DNA of 29,785 nt from a virus (IMGVR_UViG_3300048856_000139:1-29785), one strand, 5' to 3'; shown: positions 1 to 9,041, numbered from the stretch's first letter. Notes: generated by a model not told the origin, from the letters alone. Program-made: numbers and translations.

Positions 1-303
1 TTGGCGAATGAACAGAGGAACAGGAAGTTCGGCGTCGATCCGAAAACCGGCGAGCTGATGCTCGGCACCTGGCGCATTCCGCTGCCCCGCTCGCGGATCG
101 GCCGCATCATCCTTGGCAGTGTCCTGATCGTCGCAGGGATTTTGGGATTCCTTCCCATCCTCGGCTTCTGGATGCTGCCGCTCGGCTTCCTCGTAATCTC
201 GCAGGAGCTTCCCGTCGCTCGCCGGATGCGCCGGCGAATCGCACTCTGGTGGGCAAGGCGCCGCCAGCGCAAAGCCGACCGGCAAGCTGACGGCAAGTCC
301 TAA
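1..303 (+). CDS. Small host membrane protein (one hydrophobic hairpin, basic C-terminus)
   Basis: 100-aa ORF with hydrophobic stretch ILGSVLIVAGILGFLPILGFWMLPLGFLVI; convergent with the exoD-family gene. Confidence 0.75.
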   Translation: MANEQRNRKFGVDPKTGELMLGTWRIPLPRSRIGRIILGSVLIVAGILGFLPILGFWMLPLGFLVISQELPVARRMRRRIALWWARRRQRKADRQADGKS

Positions 304-317
304 CCTGGCAAGACGCC

Positions 318-959
318 TCAGCCCATCAGCCCCACAAGTCCTTGGCCGGCGCTGAACGCCATGTAGGCGAGTATGGCGAAGTAGATCCCGGTGATCAGGA
401 TAAAAAGATATCCGCCGAGGACGATCAGTCCGTCTCGCTGGATCATGCCCGTGGATAGAAGCAGGATGGCGATACCGGGCAGGGTATTGGAGAACGGTAC
501 GAGGCCCAGCGGAAACATCAGGAGCACGCCGGCGGCGGCGATCGCTACCCCGTTCACGCGATTCGTGACGGCTCCGTTGGTAAGCCCGGAAAGGCGCGGT
601 TTCAGGTATCGGTCGAGTCGGGAAACGATCCCGAGACCCTTTTCCAGAGCCGGCACCAGTTTGTCGGTATCGAGTTTGCGGTCGAGGATTCGCCGCGGAA
701 GCCAGGGCAGCCGGTTCAGCGTGATCGCGATGCTGATCAGGATGATGGCCGCGCCGAAGACGGTGCTGACGCCCGGGATCGAAACCGGAATGAGAAAGGG
801 CAGGGAGGCCACTGCGCAAATCAGCAGCAAGCCTTGCTCGCCCACGGCTTCCATCAGGTCTCTCAAGGTGACCGACTGGCCTTTTATGCCGTCGATCAAT
901 CGTCGCAGCGTGCCGCTTAGCGAGGAGGAGGTATCCTGGAATTCAAAGGCGTTGTTCAA
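318..959 (-). CDS. exoD: ExoD-family exopolysaccharide synthesis membrane protein
   Basis: Family-typical motifs LPFLIPVSIPGVSTVFG, PWLPRRIL and LMFPLGLVPFSNTLPG. Probable TTG start at 959 with GGAG 7 nt upstream; the ORF is open to 1019. Confidence 0.85.
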   Translation of the reverse strand: MNNAFEFQDTSSSLSGTLRRLIDGIKGQSVTLRDLMEAVGEQGLLLICAVASLPFLIPVSIPGVSTVFGAAIILISIAITLNRLPWLPRRILDRKLDTDKLVPALEKGLGIVSRLDRYLKPRLSGLTNGAVTNRVNGVAIAAAGVLLMFPLGLVPFSNTLPGIAILLLSTGMIQRDGLIVLGGYLFILITGIYFAILAYMAFSAGQGLVGLMG

Positions 960-1437
960 ATGGTCGCTCCGCATTTGCTGCTGTCCGACCACAGGAATGA
1001 GGAATTCCCGAGGCAGCATGACGGTTCAACCGCTGCGTCGCATCAGCTTGGCATGCGGCATCGAACGGATGCTTAACAGCATTCTGCGGAGGTGCAAAGG
1101 ATAGCGTGGCGCTCCAGCGAGGCGCGAGGTCCGGTAGTGCCCGTTTATAGAAGCCCTATTTGGGCTGCATCCAGTGGTCGTATGCGCCACAGGCAAGCAC
1201 AAGGAGCAGAATTCCCAAAACTACAGGATTCAATGCAGTGAAAAATTCCATGTATTCGTGCATGACGGCCTCCTCCAGACCTTCACGAGACGCTGCGTGG
1301 CGTCTCCCTTCGCCTACAACGTTGCGATCCTATCACAGTTCCGTCACATTCGCCACACAACGCCGCATGCTTCGCCCTCGCTGCTAGCGCAGCAGCAAGC
1401 GAATCACTAGATTTTCCGCTGTAGGACGAGGGCGGAA

Positions 1438-1755
1438 ATGAAGTTCAGAGTAATTCAAGGCGGGCTTGCCGAAGAAGCGCCCGGCCGGCGCGAGATCGAT
1501 TCGGCACCCAACGCAGACGATGTACGTCGTGAGGCTGAACGTCGAATCGCTGAGACGGGATATGAGAGATGGCGCAATCGCGCTGTCGTGACAGGCGCGC
1601 CTATACCGCGTGAGATCCAGTATCTCGTCATGCAGATCGGGTATGTGGCCGAAGCGATTTCTAGGTTGGCCCGCATTCCTGCCGACTATAGGTCGGACGC
1701 CTACTGGCCCACGGTCTATTCCACTTGGATAGAAGCCCGCGCGCCGGCAGGGTGA
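1438..1755 (+). CDS. Hypothetical protein (host)
   Basis: 105-aa ORF with GAGG upstream and N-terminal FRVIQGG motif common in small alphaproteobacterial proteins. Confidence 0.7.
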   Translation: MKFRVIQGGLAEEAPGRREIDSAPNADDVRREAERRIAETGYERWRNRAVVTGAPIPREIQYLVMQIGYVAEAISRLARIPADYRSDAYWPTVYSTWIEARAPAG

Positions 1756-1770
1756 GCGGGCCTCCGAGCT

Positions 1771-2037
1771 TCAGCTCAGCATCCGCGCTTCGATGCTTGC
1801 CTGAATGAAGGTCTGACGCACCCTTTCAAGCGGCAAGCGCCTCTGCAGGGAAGCTGCGCACTCTTTCAGAGCCTTGATGTAATAGGTGCCTTCGCGCACT
1901 GGCCAGCGATAGTTCAGGTAATCGAGCGCTTCTTTCGGTCCGCGGATTCTCTCCGGAAATCCATAGCCTACCCGGACCTCCACCGGCGTGCTCCAGTAGA
2001 TGTCAGAGCGGGCTTCTGCGATCTCTTTCATATTCAT
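1771..2037 (-). CDS. DUF982-family protein
   Basis: W..PV.V, ALDYL..RWP, Y..A...C and R..FI.A..EA pattern typical of rhizobial DUF982; preceded by an EcfG-type promoter. Confidence 0.85.
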   Translation of the reverse strand: MNMKEIAEARSDIYWSTPVEVRVGYGFPERIRGPKEALDYLNYRWPVREGTYYIKALKECAASLQRRLPLERVRQTFIQASIEARMLS

Positions 2038-2058
2038 ACCCCATATTGCGGGGGCAAC

Positions 2059-2083
2059 AACATTCGAGAAGGCGTTTGGTTCC
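2059..2083 (-). promoter_or_regulatory. EcfG/RpoE2 (general stress response sigma) type promoter of the DUF982 gene
   Basis: Minus strand GGAAC-caaacgccttctcgaat(17)-GTT, about 20 nt upstream of the start codon. Confidence 0.7.
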
Positions 2084-2282
2084 GTCTTCGTTTCGGAATG
2101 CGCTCTCAGGTACGGACATGAGCATCACCGAAATACCGACCTGCCATTTGGTTGCCGGTCGCTTGGCGAAATGTTTGGCGGGAACTCCGTCAGATGCTCA
2201 TCGGGTGCGCCGATCAGCGCCCCGATCGGGCGCCGAAAGCAGCGCACGAATGGCTGATAGGTCGGTTTTTCCATTGAAGAGA

Positions 2283-2326
2283 TGGAGGCCTCGCCGAGAA
2301 TCGAACTCGGGTGCAAGGATTTGCAG
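2283..2326 (-). pseudogene. 3' half of tRNA-Cys(GCA), the prophage att junction
   Basis: Minus strand CTGCAAATCCTTGCACCCGAGTTCGATTCTCGGCGAGGCCTCCA = anticodon loop, T arm, acceptor 3' strand and CCA. No D arm or 5' half upstream. Lies 60 nt from the integrase stop. Confidence 0.9.
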
Positions 2327-2386
2327 GCTTCTCCCGGTCTTTGATGTTAAACGGCTTTTCGCCTTCGTGTCGCAGCCATGTCGCAA

Positions 2387-3577
2387 TCAGCTGAGCAGAA
2401 TGTTCGCTGCTTGTGCCAGTTCTGTGCCGTCATCTGCACGCGGGAAGAGGTGTCCGTAGGTGTCCATGGTGATCACGATCGAGCTGTGCCCCATCCGCTC
2501 CTGCACCATCTTCGCCGGCAGCCCGAGACCACCATCCTCTTTCCGATTGATCAGCCAGCTTGCATAAAAATGCCGAAGCGCATGCAGGCCAGTGTACTTG
2601 GCCTTGAGGATCGGCTGGCCTTCTTCATCCTTTCCTGCAGCGACTGTGACACCAGCTCGCACCATCGCCGGGATGAGGCCTTTATTGACGATGTTCGTAT
2701 GTGACCGGGGCTCGCCGTCAGGGTTGCCAAAGACAAGCTCTGTGCCGTGGGGCTGCTTCAGTTTGTGCGCCTTCAATGCGGTGGTGACCAACGGCGGCAC
2801 CGGGATCGTTCGAACTCCTGCCTCCGACTTCGTGGGGCCGATTTCCTTGTACTGGTCGGCGCGCTGGTTGACGTTGATCTCGCTGCGCTTGAAATTCACG
2901 TCCTGCCAGCGCAATCCCCGCAGTTCTGAGGAACGCATGCCGGTGAAAACTGCCGTGACCAGCAGCGGGCGCCAGTGATCGTCCAGAGCGGTTACGAGCG
3001 CCTTGATCTCCTCGCGGGTAGGAATATCGACGCCGACCTCAAGCTTGCCTTTCTGGCGCTTCTCCTGGCGCCTGTCGCGTCCCTTACGGCTGCTCCGGAT
3101 GTCTCGCACGGGATTGCGCATGCACAAGCCACGCTCCGCGGCATCGGAAAGGATCGAGCCGAGCGAGGTAAGCACCTTCTTCACCATTGCCGGCGATCGG
3201 CCTTCCTTCCGCAGCGTATCCTCGAAGTCGCGCACGGCCGGCACTGTGAGCTTCGATAGAAGCACCTGGCCGATGAGCGGGACGATGTGGTGCTCGAGGT
3301 GCGACTTGCGCTGATTGATTGTGGAGCGCTCAAGCCCGCCACTTTCCCCCGATGTTATCCACAGGCTGGCAGCTTTATCCACAGTGACCGAAGCACTGTC
3401 CGCGACGTGGACGCCTTCCCTGACCTCCACTGAGGCCGTAGCGGCGAACCTGTCGGCGTCCTTCTTCAACTTGAAGGTCTTCAGCCGGCGCTTGCCCGTG
3501 GTGTCGAAGTAGTCGACCACCCAAGCCTGCCTTGCCTCACCCTTCGGCGTCGTCCATTCACGCTTGCGGACGCTCAT
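2387..3577 (-). CDS. int: Tyrosine recombinase / phage integrase
   Basis: 396 aa with catalytic motifs TGMRSSEL (R), HALRH (HxxR), MGHS (H) and DTYGH (Y); adjacent to the att site. Confidence 0.97.
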   Translation of the reverse strand: MSVRKREWTTPKGEARQAWVVDYFDTTGKRRLKTFKLKKDADRFAATASVEVREGVHVADSASVTVDKAASLWITSGESGGLERSTINQRKSHLEHHIVPLIGQVLLSKLTVPAVRDFEDTLRKEGRSPAMVKKVLTSLGSILSDAAERGLCMRNPVRDIRSSRKGRDRRQEKRQKGKLEVGVDIPTREEIKALVTALDDHWRPLLVTAVFTGMRSSELRGLRWQDVNFKRSEINVNQRADQYKEIGPTKSEAGVRTIPVPPLVTTALKAHKLKQPHGTELVFGNPDGEPRSHTNIVNKGLIPAMVRAGVTVAAGKDEEGQPILKAKYTGLHALRHFYASWLINRKEDGGLGLPAKMVQERMGHSSIVITMDTYGHLFPRADDGTELAQAANILLS

Positions 3578-3589
3578 GGTTCAACCTCA

Positions 3590-4165
3590 TCAAAAAGGGA
3601 TATCGTCATCCAGATCACGTGAGAACGTCGGCGCTTTCGGTTCTGGCTTGCTGTCCGATACTTTATCTGGGATCGGCCACGCCGGCGCCTTCAGCTTTGC
3701 AGCTCGCAACGCTTCCTGCATTGCCTTTCCCGCAGCAAAATAATCCTCCAACTTCTTATCGTCATGAATCGCAACGAACTCATCGATACGAGGCCAAAGG
3801 ACGTCCACGAAGTAGTTGAGGAATACAATTCGTCTGGGACTTGACCAGAAGAAGGGCCAATGTTCTCTGCAGAACGCGTAGCGGCGTTCATCTTCGTAAG
3901 TGGGATAGAAGTCACTGCGGCTGGCGATCTGTAGGTATCTCACTCCCTCGCTCACATCCCAGAAATCCTGCCATGTCAGATTCGCGCCGGTCTCGCGATC
4001 TAGAACCGTTTCTCCAGATGCGGAATTAACAATTGCACGCTCGACGACCGTTGTGATGGTCTGACCTTTCAGCTTCGACACGTATTCGAGGATGAACCTC
4101 GTCTTGGGGTCGAGCCGAATGGTGAGCGTTTCCGATTTGCCAGACTTTGTCGCTTCACGCGCCAT
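3590..4165 (-). CDS. Putative ribbon-helix-helix-like regulator in the repressor position, with SSB-like acidic C-terminal tail
   Basis: N-terminus ETLTIRLDPKTRFILEYVSKLKGQTITTVVERAI fits RHH; ends FSRDLDDDIPF; 12 nt upstream of int and divergent from the early operon. Confidence 0.7.
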   Translation of the reverse strand: MAREATKSGKSETLTIRLDPKTRFILEYVSKLKGQTITTVVERAIVNSASGETVLDRETGANLTWQDFWDVSEGVRYLQIASRSDFYPTYEDERRYAFCREHWPFFWSSPRRIVFLNYFVDVLWPRIDEFVAIHDDKKLEDYFAAGKAMQEALRAAKLKAPAWPIPDKVSDSKPEPKAPTFSRDLDDDIPF

Positions 4166-4289
4166 TTATGATCACTCCGTTTCCCCGCAAATACACGTAA
4201 TGCTGGACGAGTGCAATTAGCGCTTGACTAGTTCAGAAACGTGCTTAATTCTTCGTGTACTGCTTGAGTAGTGCAAAGGAGCATCGTTA

Positions 4290-4484
4290 ATGACGAACGT
4301 TACGGAAACGCAGAAGCCCATAACCCTTGTCTGGGGAGCGGCCGAGATAGCTAAACTGATCGGACGATCGCGCAGGTCGACTTTCGACATGCTGGAGAAG
4401 GGCCAGCTGCCGGCCAAGAAGGTGAACGGCCGCTGGGTAATCGAGCGAAACAAGCTCATCGCCTTCTTCATGGAGGCAGCATGA
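4290..4484 (+). CDS. Excisionase-like (HTH_17/AlpA-type) small DNA-binding protein
   Basis: 64 aa, WGAAEIAKLIGRS..TFDMLEKGQLPAKKVNGRW; AAGGAG RBS; first gene of the divergent operon. Confidence 0.85.
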   Translation: MTNVTETQKPITLVWGAAEIAKLIGRSRRSTFDMLEKGQLPAKKVNGRWVIERNKLIAFFMEAA

Positions 4485-5467
4485 ACGCGGCATTCCAAAC
4501 GAGAAAGGCTCGGCAACCGCGCCAACGGTCCCGAGCCATGGTTCAAACAATCCCTGCAAAGGAAATGAAAATGAACAATGACACCGATAACACTTTCGCG
4601 AAATCAAATCCAGTGTTGAGCAGGCGGAGAGCGCTTAGCCTTCTCGCTGCCGCCTCGGCTGGATCGATATCGGCCTCCGCCGCTCCGGCAGCGATTGCGG
4701 CTTCCGATCCTTCACCTCGTTCAGGGAGCGCTATCGAGGAAAATCCAGAGTTGCTCGAAGTATACGAACGCTTCCTCACCGCGCTTGACCAAGAGAAGGA
4801 GGCGCGCGATGCCGTTGAATGGATCGCAGATGAGTGGCGGCATTTATGGCCGCTCGCGCCGGAGGAAATCCTGGACAGCGCCAATGCTCATCTCTCGGGT
4901 CGCGGCGGAAATAATCCGGAAGTCGATATAGCTGGCCGCTGTGTGATGAGAAACACCGCCGACTTGACGAAACGATTTTCCGCGAAGTTCAGCCGGCTGG
5001 ACGAAAAAACCTGTTTCAACATCTTTAGCTCGGAACGAGCTCGGGGCGTCATCGCCCTCTGGGAGAACCACACTCCGAAAGGACGAACCGAGAAGGCACT
5101 GGCTCGCAATCGCGCTGATAAAGAATACGTCATCAAGGAATATCGACGGAAGTTCACTCTGGCCCAGAAATACGAAGCCGACACTGCGAGCATCCGCGCG
5201 GCCTCTGGGATGGACAAGGCAAAAGCGAAACTAGCTGACGCTATCTCGGACGTAGCTGCAGCTCGTGCAGAAATCTCGAACATCCCTGCATTCACTACGC
5301 TTGGGATCCGCATCAAGGCAGCAGCTCTCGCGTCTACGGGGCTATTCGGCGCGGACTGGTCTGCCCTTGGTGGCCCGTTAGGTGAAATGGCTCGCCTGTT
5401 AAAGTCCGTCCTTGAGGTGACACGATCGGAAACGCGGTCGTACGTCGGGCAGGAGGAGCGGGCATGA
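4481..5467 (+). CDS. Hypothetical early protein with twin-arginine-like N-terminal segment
   Basis: ATGA-coupled 328-aa ORF (true start may be a later Met near 4565-4571); LSRRRALSLLAAASAG motif. Confidence 0.75.
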   Translation: MNAAFQTRKARQPRQRSRAMVQTIPAKEMKMNNDTDNTFAKSNPVLSRRRALSLLAAASAGSISASAAPAAIAASDPSPRSGSAIEENPELLEVYERFLTALDQEKEARDAVEWIADEWRHLWPLAPEEILDSANAHLSGRGGNNPEVDIAGRCVMRNTADLTKRFSAKFSRLDEKTCFNIFSSERARGVIALWENHTPKGRTEKALARNRADKEYVIKEYRRKFTLAQKYEADTASIRAASGMDKAKAKLADAISDVAAARAEISNIPAFTTLGIRIKAAALASTGLFGADWSALGGPLGEMARLLKSVLEVTRSETRSYVGQEERA

Positions 5468-5799
5468 TCCAGACCTCTTCTATTCCACTTTGGCGTGGCC
5501 TGCCTGCGCCGACTAACCGAAAGTCAATCGAAAACGAGATCGAGCGTCTGATTGCGCTTCTGGATGCCGTCGATGGCGATTGCGACCTTGAGGACGACGG
5601 AGACGATGAACCGTCCATCGGAAGCACGCCAATTTGCGTGCGCGGGGCAATTCAGCACGACTTGGAGCTCGAAACATCCGACTACGAGCCGAACGGCGAT
5701 GAAGACGAGCCCGAGCTAGGCTGGGGCAACCCGTTGGGCCTCCGTGTGCACGTTCCTGATGAGCTGAAAGAACTGCGCGAGGAGGGCTACCTTGCATGA
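5464..5799 (+). CDS. Acidic hypothetical phage protein
   Basis: ATGA overlap, GGAGGAG RBS; IERLIALLDAVDGDCDLED..EPSIG with repeated D/E-EP-x-LG motifs. Confidence 0.8.
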   Translation: MIQTSSIPLWRGLPAPTNRKSIENEIERLIALLDAVDGDCDLEDDGDDEPSIGSTPICVRGAIQHDLELETSDYEPNGDEDEPELGWGNPLGLRVHVPDELKELREEGYLA

Positions 5800-5901
5800 G
5801 GCTTCTCCTCGCTATCACAGCCCGGTGGCTTTTCTGGACCGCGAACCGCTTCGCAGATGCCGGCGAATATCTCCTGAACCAGGCGGAACGGAGGAGCGTC
5901 A

Positions 5902-6069
5902 ATGACCACAAAGACTGAAGAAGCCGCCATCTGGGTCTCGGAGCAGAATGAAATCCCGCAGCAGGTCATCCACCTGTTGCGGGAGAAATTCGGGATCACC
6001 GCCGTTCAGGCTGCCCAAGCTCTCACCCTTGCCCGCCAGTACAAGACCAACCGGAGGGCCTTCGGTTGA
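5902..6069 (+). CDS. Small hypothetical protein, 55 aa (absent from the ORF track)
   Basis: GGAGGAG RBS; MTTKTEEAAIWVSEQ...RRAFG; stop overlaps the next start (TTGA). Confidence 0.75.
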   Translation: MTTKTEEAAIWVSEQNEIPQQVIHLLREKFGITAVQAAQALTLARQYKTNRRAFG

Positions 6070-6929
6070 CCGAGTACATCAGCGAACACGGCGAAATCTT
6101 TGAAGACAGCCCCATCGCGGGGTTGTCGCCATACCAACTCGCATGCCGACAACTGGTGGCGTTCAAGCTCAAGACGATCGAGACAGTAGCAGCTGACCCT
6201 CGCCTTAAGGAGGGCGCCTGTACGGAGGCGATGATCGTCTACCTGTCGTTCCTCGGTGTGGACAAGGAAACTCTGAAGCCGAAGCCCGTCTATGCCTCAA
6301 CCATAAAACTGATGGCGAGGGGCAAGATGAAGTCGAAAAATACGGCAAAGAAGGCCCGCCAGTTACTCTCCAAGTACCAATACCTCGTTCCCACTGGCTC
6401 GACCACGAAAGACGGCTGCCTTTGGTATCGCGTCGAGAACCCCAACGTAGAGAGAGTGAAGATGCACGTCCAGGAAGCCGAGGCATTTTACACTGAGCTT
6501 GATGCCGAACGGAGGAGAGAAGACCGGCGGAAGAGGAAGGTCAAAACGCGCGTGGTATCAGAAACTGACCCAACAGAAATCGGGCGTGGTATCAACGATT
6601 GCTCTCACGTGGCATCAGAAAATGACCCCAAATACCTTAGAGGATACCTTAGATATTCTTTCTCTGAAGGGGGAGATAATCTGAAGAGGGATGAAGATCC
6701 CAATCCATATGCCTCTGCAGCTCATGGTGATGAGGCTAACCAGCCATTCCCCATACCTGAAAGCTTTAACGAGTCCGCAGAGATGATTCACGCCATCTGT
6801 GACGGCCATGTGGTCAGCTCCACGACGCGGAACTTGCTAACGCGTTTCCTAAACACCGGCATTCTAACCCCGAGAATGGCCCAAAACCTCATACAGCCTG
6901 AGAAGGATGCGGCCCATGCAGCAGCTTGA
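6066..6929 (+). CDS. Putative replication initiator-like protein
   Basis: 287 aa in the replication position; possible winged-HTH region (ASTIKLMARGKM..NTAKKARQLLSKYQYL). Function is inferred. Confidence 0.55.
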   Translation: MTEYISEHGEIFEDSPIAGLSPYQLACRQLVAFKLKTIETVAADPRLKEGACTEAMIVYLSFLGVDKETLKPKPVYASTIKLMARGKMKSKNTAKKARQLLSKYQYLVPTGSTTKDGCLWYRVENPNVERVKMHVQEAEAFYTELDAERRREDRRKRKVKTRVVSETDPTEIGRGINDCSHVASENDPKYLRGYLRYSFSEGGDNLKRDEDPNPYASAAHGDEANQPFPIPESFNESAEMIHAICDGHVVSSTTRNLLTRFLNTGILTPRMAQNLIQPEKDAAHAAA

Positions 6930-7101
6930 CTTGTTTCAATGGGCAGACGGTCGACGCTCAAACGTCATCATGGCGCAGTGGCGGTTCCAGGCGCGGGCGA
7001 TAGCCTTCGTCAGGCAGGTCATGGCTACAAACGTGATGCCACCGCACATCGACGGGAAGATCATCACTGCGGAGTTCCGCCGCGAGAGGAGCGTCGCATG
7101 A
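6916..7101 (+). CDS. Small hypothetical protein
   Basis: MQQLDLFQW start; overlaps neighbouring genes in the operon. Confidence 0.65.
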   Translation: MQQLDLFQWADGRRSNVIMAQWRFQARAIAFVRQVMATNVMPPHIDGKIITAEFRRERSVA

Positions 7102-7316
7102 GCAACGTTATCCAGTTCCCGCTCCAGGATGGCATCATCATCACTGAGGGCGTCGATATTCATACCGGCAGCCCGCTCTTCCTCCTGGAGTACCTGGCTA
7201 GCGGAACTCGAACAGTCGTCGGTGGATACAACTCCCTGCTTGAAGTTGCTCATACCACGATCGAATGGGAGAAAGATGGAGTTCATCTCGTCGATCCTAC
7301 GCGAGGTGCAGCATGA
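7098..7316 (+). CDS. Small hypothetical protein
   Basis: ATGA coupling, GAGGAG RBS, MSNVIQFP start typical of phage ORFs. Confidence 0.75.
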   Translation: MSNVIQFPLQDGIIITEGVDIHTGSPLFLLEYLASGTRTVVGGYNSLLEVAHTTIEWEKDGVHLVDPTRGAA

Positions 7317-7374
7317 CCTCATTTACAGTTCCTACCGCTTCCCTCGAACGGCGCAGCCGAAGGAGCCGCAGAGC

Positions 7375-7707
7375 ATGAACAGCCAGACCACAGTTTGTGT
7401 AGTCGTAAGAAGCGACGAAACGTTTTCGATGGAACGGGATACGGCGTTTGGGCTCCGCATCTCGCAAGCGATCAAGGCGCACAAAACCACACGGAAGAAG
7501 CAGCCTGTTCAAATCCGCCAAGGAAGCGGCATCGCGGCCTGGGTCATTGGTGCAGACATTGCCGAGGCGCGACAGGTCTACGTTCTGCAGGAGGGAACTG
7601 GCGAGCGCGTTACAGCCACCGAAGGCAGTAAGGCAGCTTTAGACGCGATGGTCGATGTGCTGCGTTCCCGCGGCTACACCTGCATCAAGCGAGGTGGTGC
7701 CGAATGA
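7375..7707 (+). CDS. Hypothetical protein
   Basis: AAGGAG RBS; ATGA-coupled to the downstream gene. Confidence 0.7.
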   Translation: MNSQTTVCVVVRSDETFSMERDTAFGLRISQAIKAHKTTRKKQPVQIRQGSGIAAWVIGADIAEARQVYVLQEGTGERVTATEGSKAALDAMVDVLRSRGYTCIKRGGAE

Positions 7708-8012
7708 GCAAAACCCGCAGCAGCAGAGAAATTGCCCGCGATCTGGATCGGGCATTCGAGTTCACCCCGCTCCTGGCTGAGAAGCCTCACCTCGGCGGCG
7801 TGCGTCGTGGTTACGCTATCCTCGTAAGCGATGGTCGAGGCGGTCGGAAGCCTTGGGGTGGTCAGCTGTTTCAGGATCTGGCCGGCGCCAACATGACAGC
7901 CGCAAGATGCCTAGGCACCCAATGCGACATTGTCCCGGCCCGAGAAATCTGGCGGACCAACGGCAGCGGTCGAAACACCTCATATGTCAGGAACATCTTG
8001 GTGGACGCATGA
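7704..8012 (+). CDS. Hypothetical protein
   Basis: GAGGTG RBS; ATGA overlaps at both ends. Confidence 0.7.
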   Translation: MSKTRSSREIARDLDRAFEFTPLLAEKPHLGGVRRGYAILVSDGRGGRKPWGGQLFQDLAGANMTAARCLGTQCDIVPAREIWRTNGSGRNTSYVRNILVDA

Positions 8013-8452
8013 AGCAGTCGCAGACCATACTGAACGTCACCCGGAATGACGGCGGGCAGTACGAGATCACCGACCGACGCGGAAAGCTCGTCGAGGGACC
8101 GTTTGAAACGAACGCTGCAGCCTGGCGGGCGCTTGACCGTCTGGACGGCGACAACAATGCGCCTCCTAAGCTTCTGTCGAAGAAGAAGGTGTTGTGGGGC
8201 AAGCCAGACGCTCCCAAGAAGCCAAAGGCTCGGCGAAAAGGCCGAAAGGCGGAAGCGCGTCAGGAGCAGAGGATGCGGATCAACGCAGCGAAGGCGCCAG
8301 GTTGGGTAAGGACCGTCGCGGCAATCAAGTTCGACCCCGCCGGTGAGCGCCAGTTCCGTGATCAGAGGCTCGGCACATTTGGCGCAGCCTCCGAGGTGAA
8401 GCGCATAGATCCCGCAGAATATTTAGCAGCAAAAGCGAGAGGTGAAGCTTGA
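8009..8452 (+). CDS. Basic hypothetical protein
   Basis: ATGA start overlap; Lys/Arg-rich; stop overlaps the next start. Confidence 0.7.
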   Translation: MKQSQTILNVTRNDGGQYEITDRRGKLVEGPFETNAAAWRALDRLDGDNNAPPKLLSKKKVLWGKPDAPKKPKARRKGRKAEARQEQRMRINAAKAPGWVRTVAAIKFDPAGERQFRDQRLGTFGAASEVKRIDPAEYLAAKARGEA

Positions 8453-8997
8453 GAAAACGCCTGAAGCGCCAGACCAAGCCAAAGGCACCTCGTGGGCTTC
8501 CTGAGCCAGGCCGCATGGTGCTCCCTGAGGATATGCGGGTCCCGCACAACCACGTACGACTCAAGTGCCAGCCGGAGCGCCGGCCAGCGCCAATGGTGTT
8601 ATCTGGCTCACGTGTGTCTCGTTCCGAGGTGGAAGAGCGGCTGATGATAGCCATGAAGACACTGAGGGCTCTGCCAGATCGGGAGCGCCGCTTCTTCATC
8701 ATGAAGTCGTCGTCGCTCGATTATGTGCAGGAATCGGTAACGGCCTATGCCTCAGTTGAGGACGTCGGGCCTCGTTTCCAGCCTTCGCCCTCGGACATCT
8801 CGGATTGTCTCCCAGCGCTCGCCTGGGTCCGTCACCTAGATCGGTCCGCGTGGCAAATCTTGTGGTGGCGGTCCTTCGATCTCTCGTTCGGCATCATCGC
8901 CAAGTACATCGGACGCAGCGACGAGACGGCGCGGAAGCGTTTCGAAACTGCCATCACCGATGCCTGGATCGCGGCGAATTCCGCCAGAGGAATATAA
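8449..8997 (+). CDS. Putative late-gene regulator (Q position, C-terminal sigma4-like HTH)
   Basis: ILWWRSFDLSFGIIAKYIGRSDETARKRF HTH; last early gene, directly followed by a promoter and terminator. Confidence 0.65.
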   Translation: MRKRLKRQTKPKAPRGLPEPGRMVLPEDMRVPHNHVRLKCQPERRPAPMVLSGSRVSRSEVEERLMIAMKTLRALPDRERRFFIMKSSSLDYVQESVTAYASVEDVGPRFQPSPSDISDCLPALAWVRHLDRSAWQILWWRSFDLSFGIIAKYIGRSDETARKRFETAITDAWIAANSARGI

Positions 8998-9041
8998 TCC
9001 ACAGTCGAGGAAAGAATTCTGCGCGTGAGGAAGAAAATCCA

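Noticed and set aside
2205-2247. GC-rich inverted repeat (GCGCCC-cgatc-GGGCGC) downstream of the tRNA fragment
   Set aside because: Single copy with no U-tract; cannot distinguish a terminator or REP-like element from chance.
2283-2356. Intact tRNA-Cys gene
   Set aside because: The 5' acceptor strand, D arm and 5' anticodon stem are absent; only the 3' 44 nt are present.
3590-4165. Calling this gene ssb because of the DDDIPF tail
   Set aside because: The N-terminus lacks SSB OB-fold motifs and fits an RHH instead.
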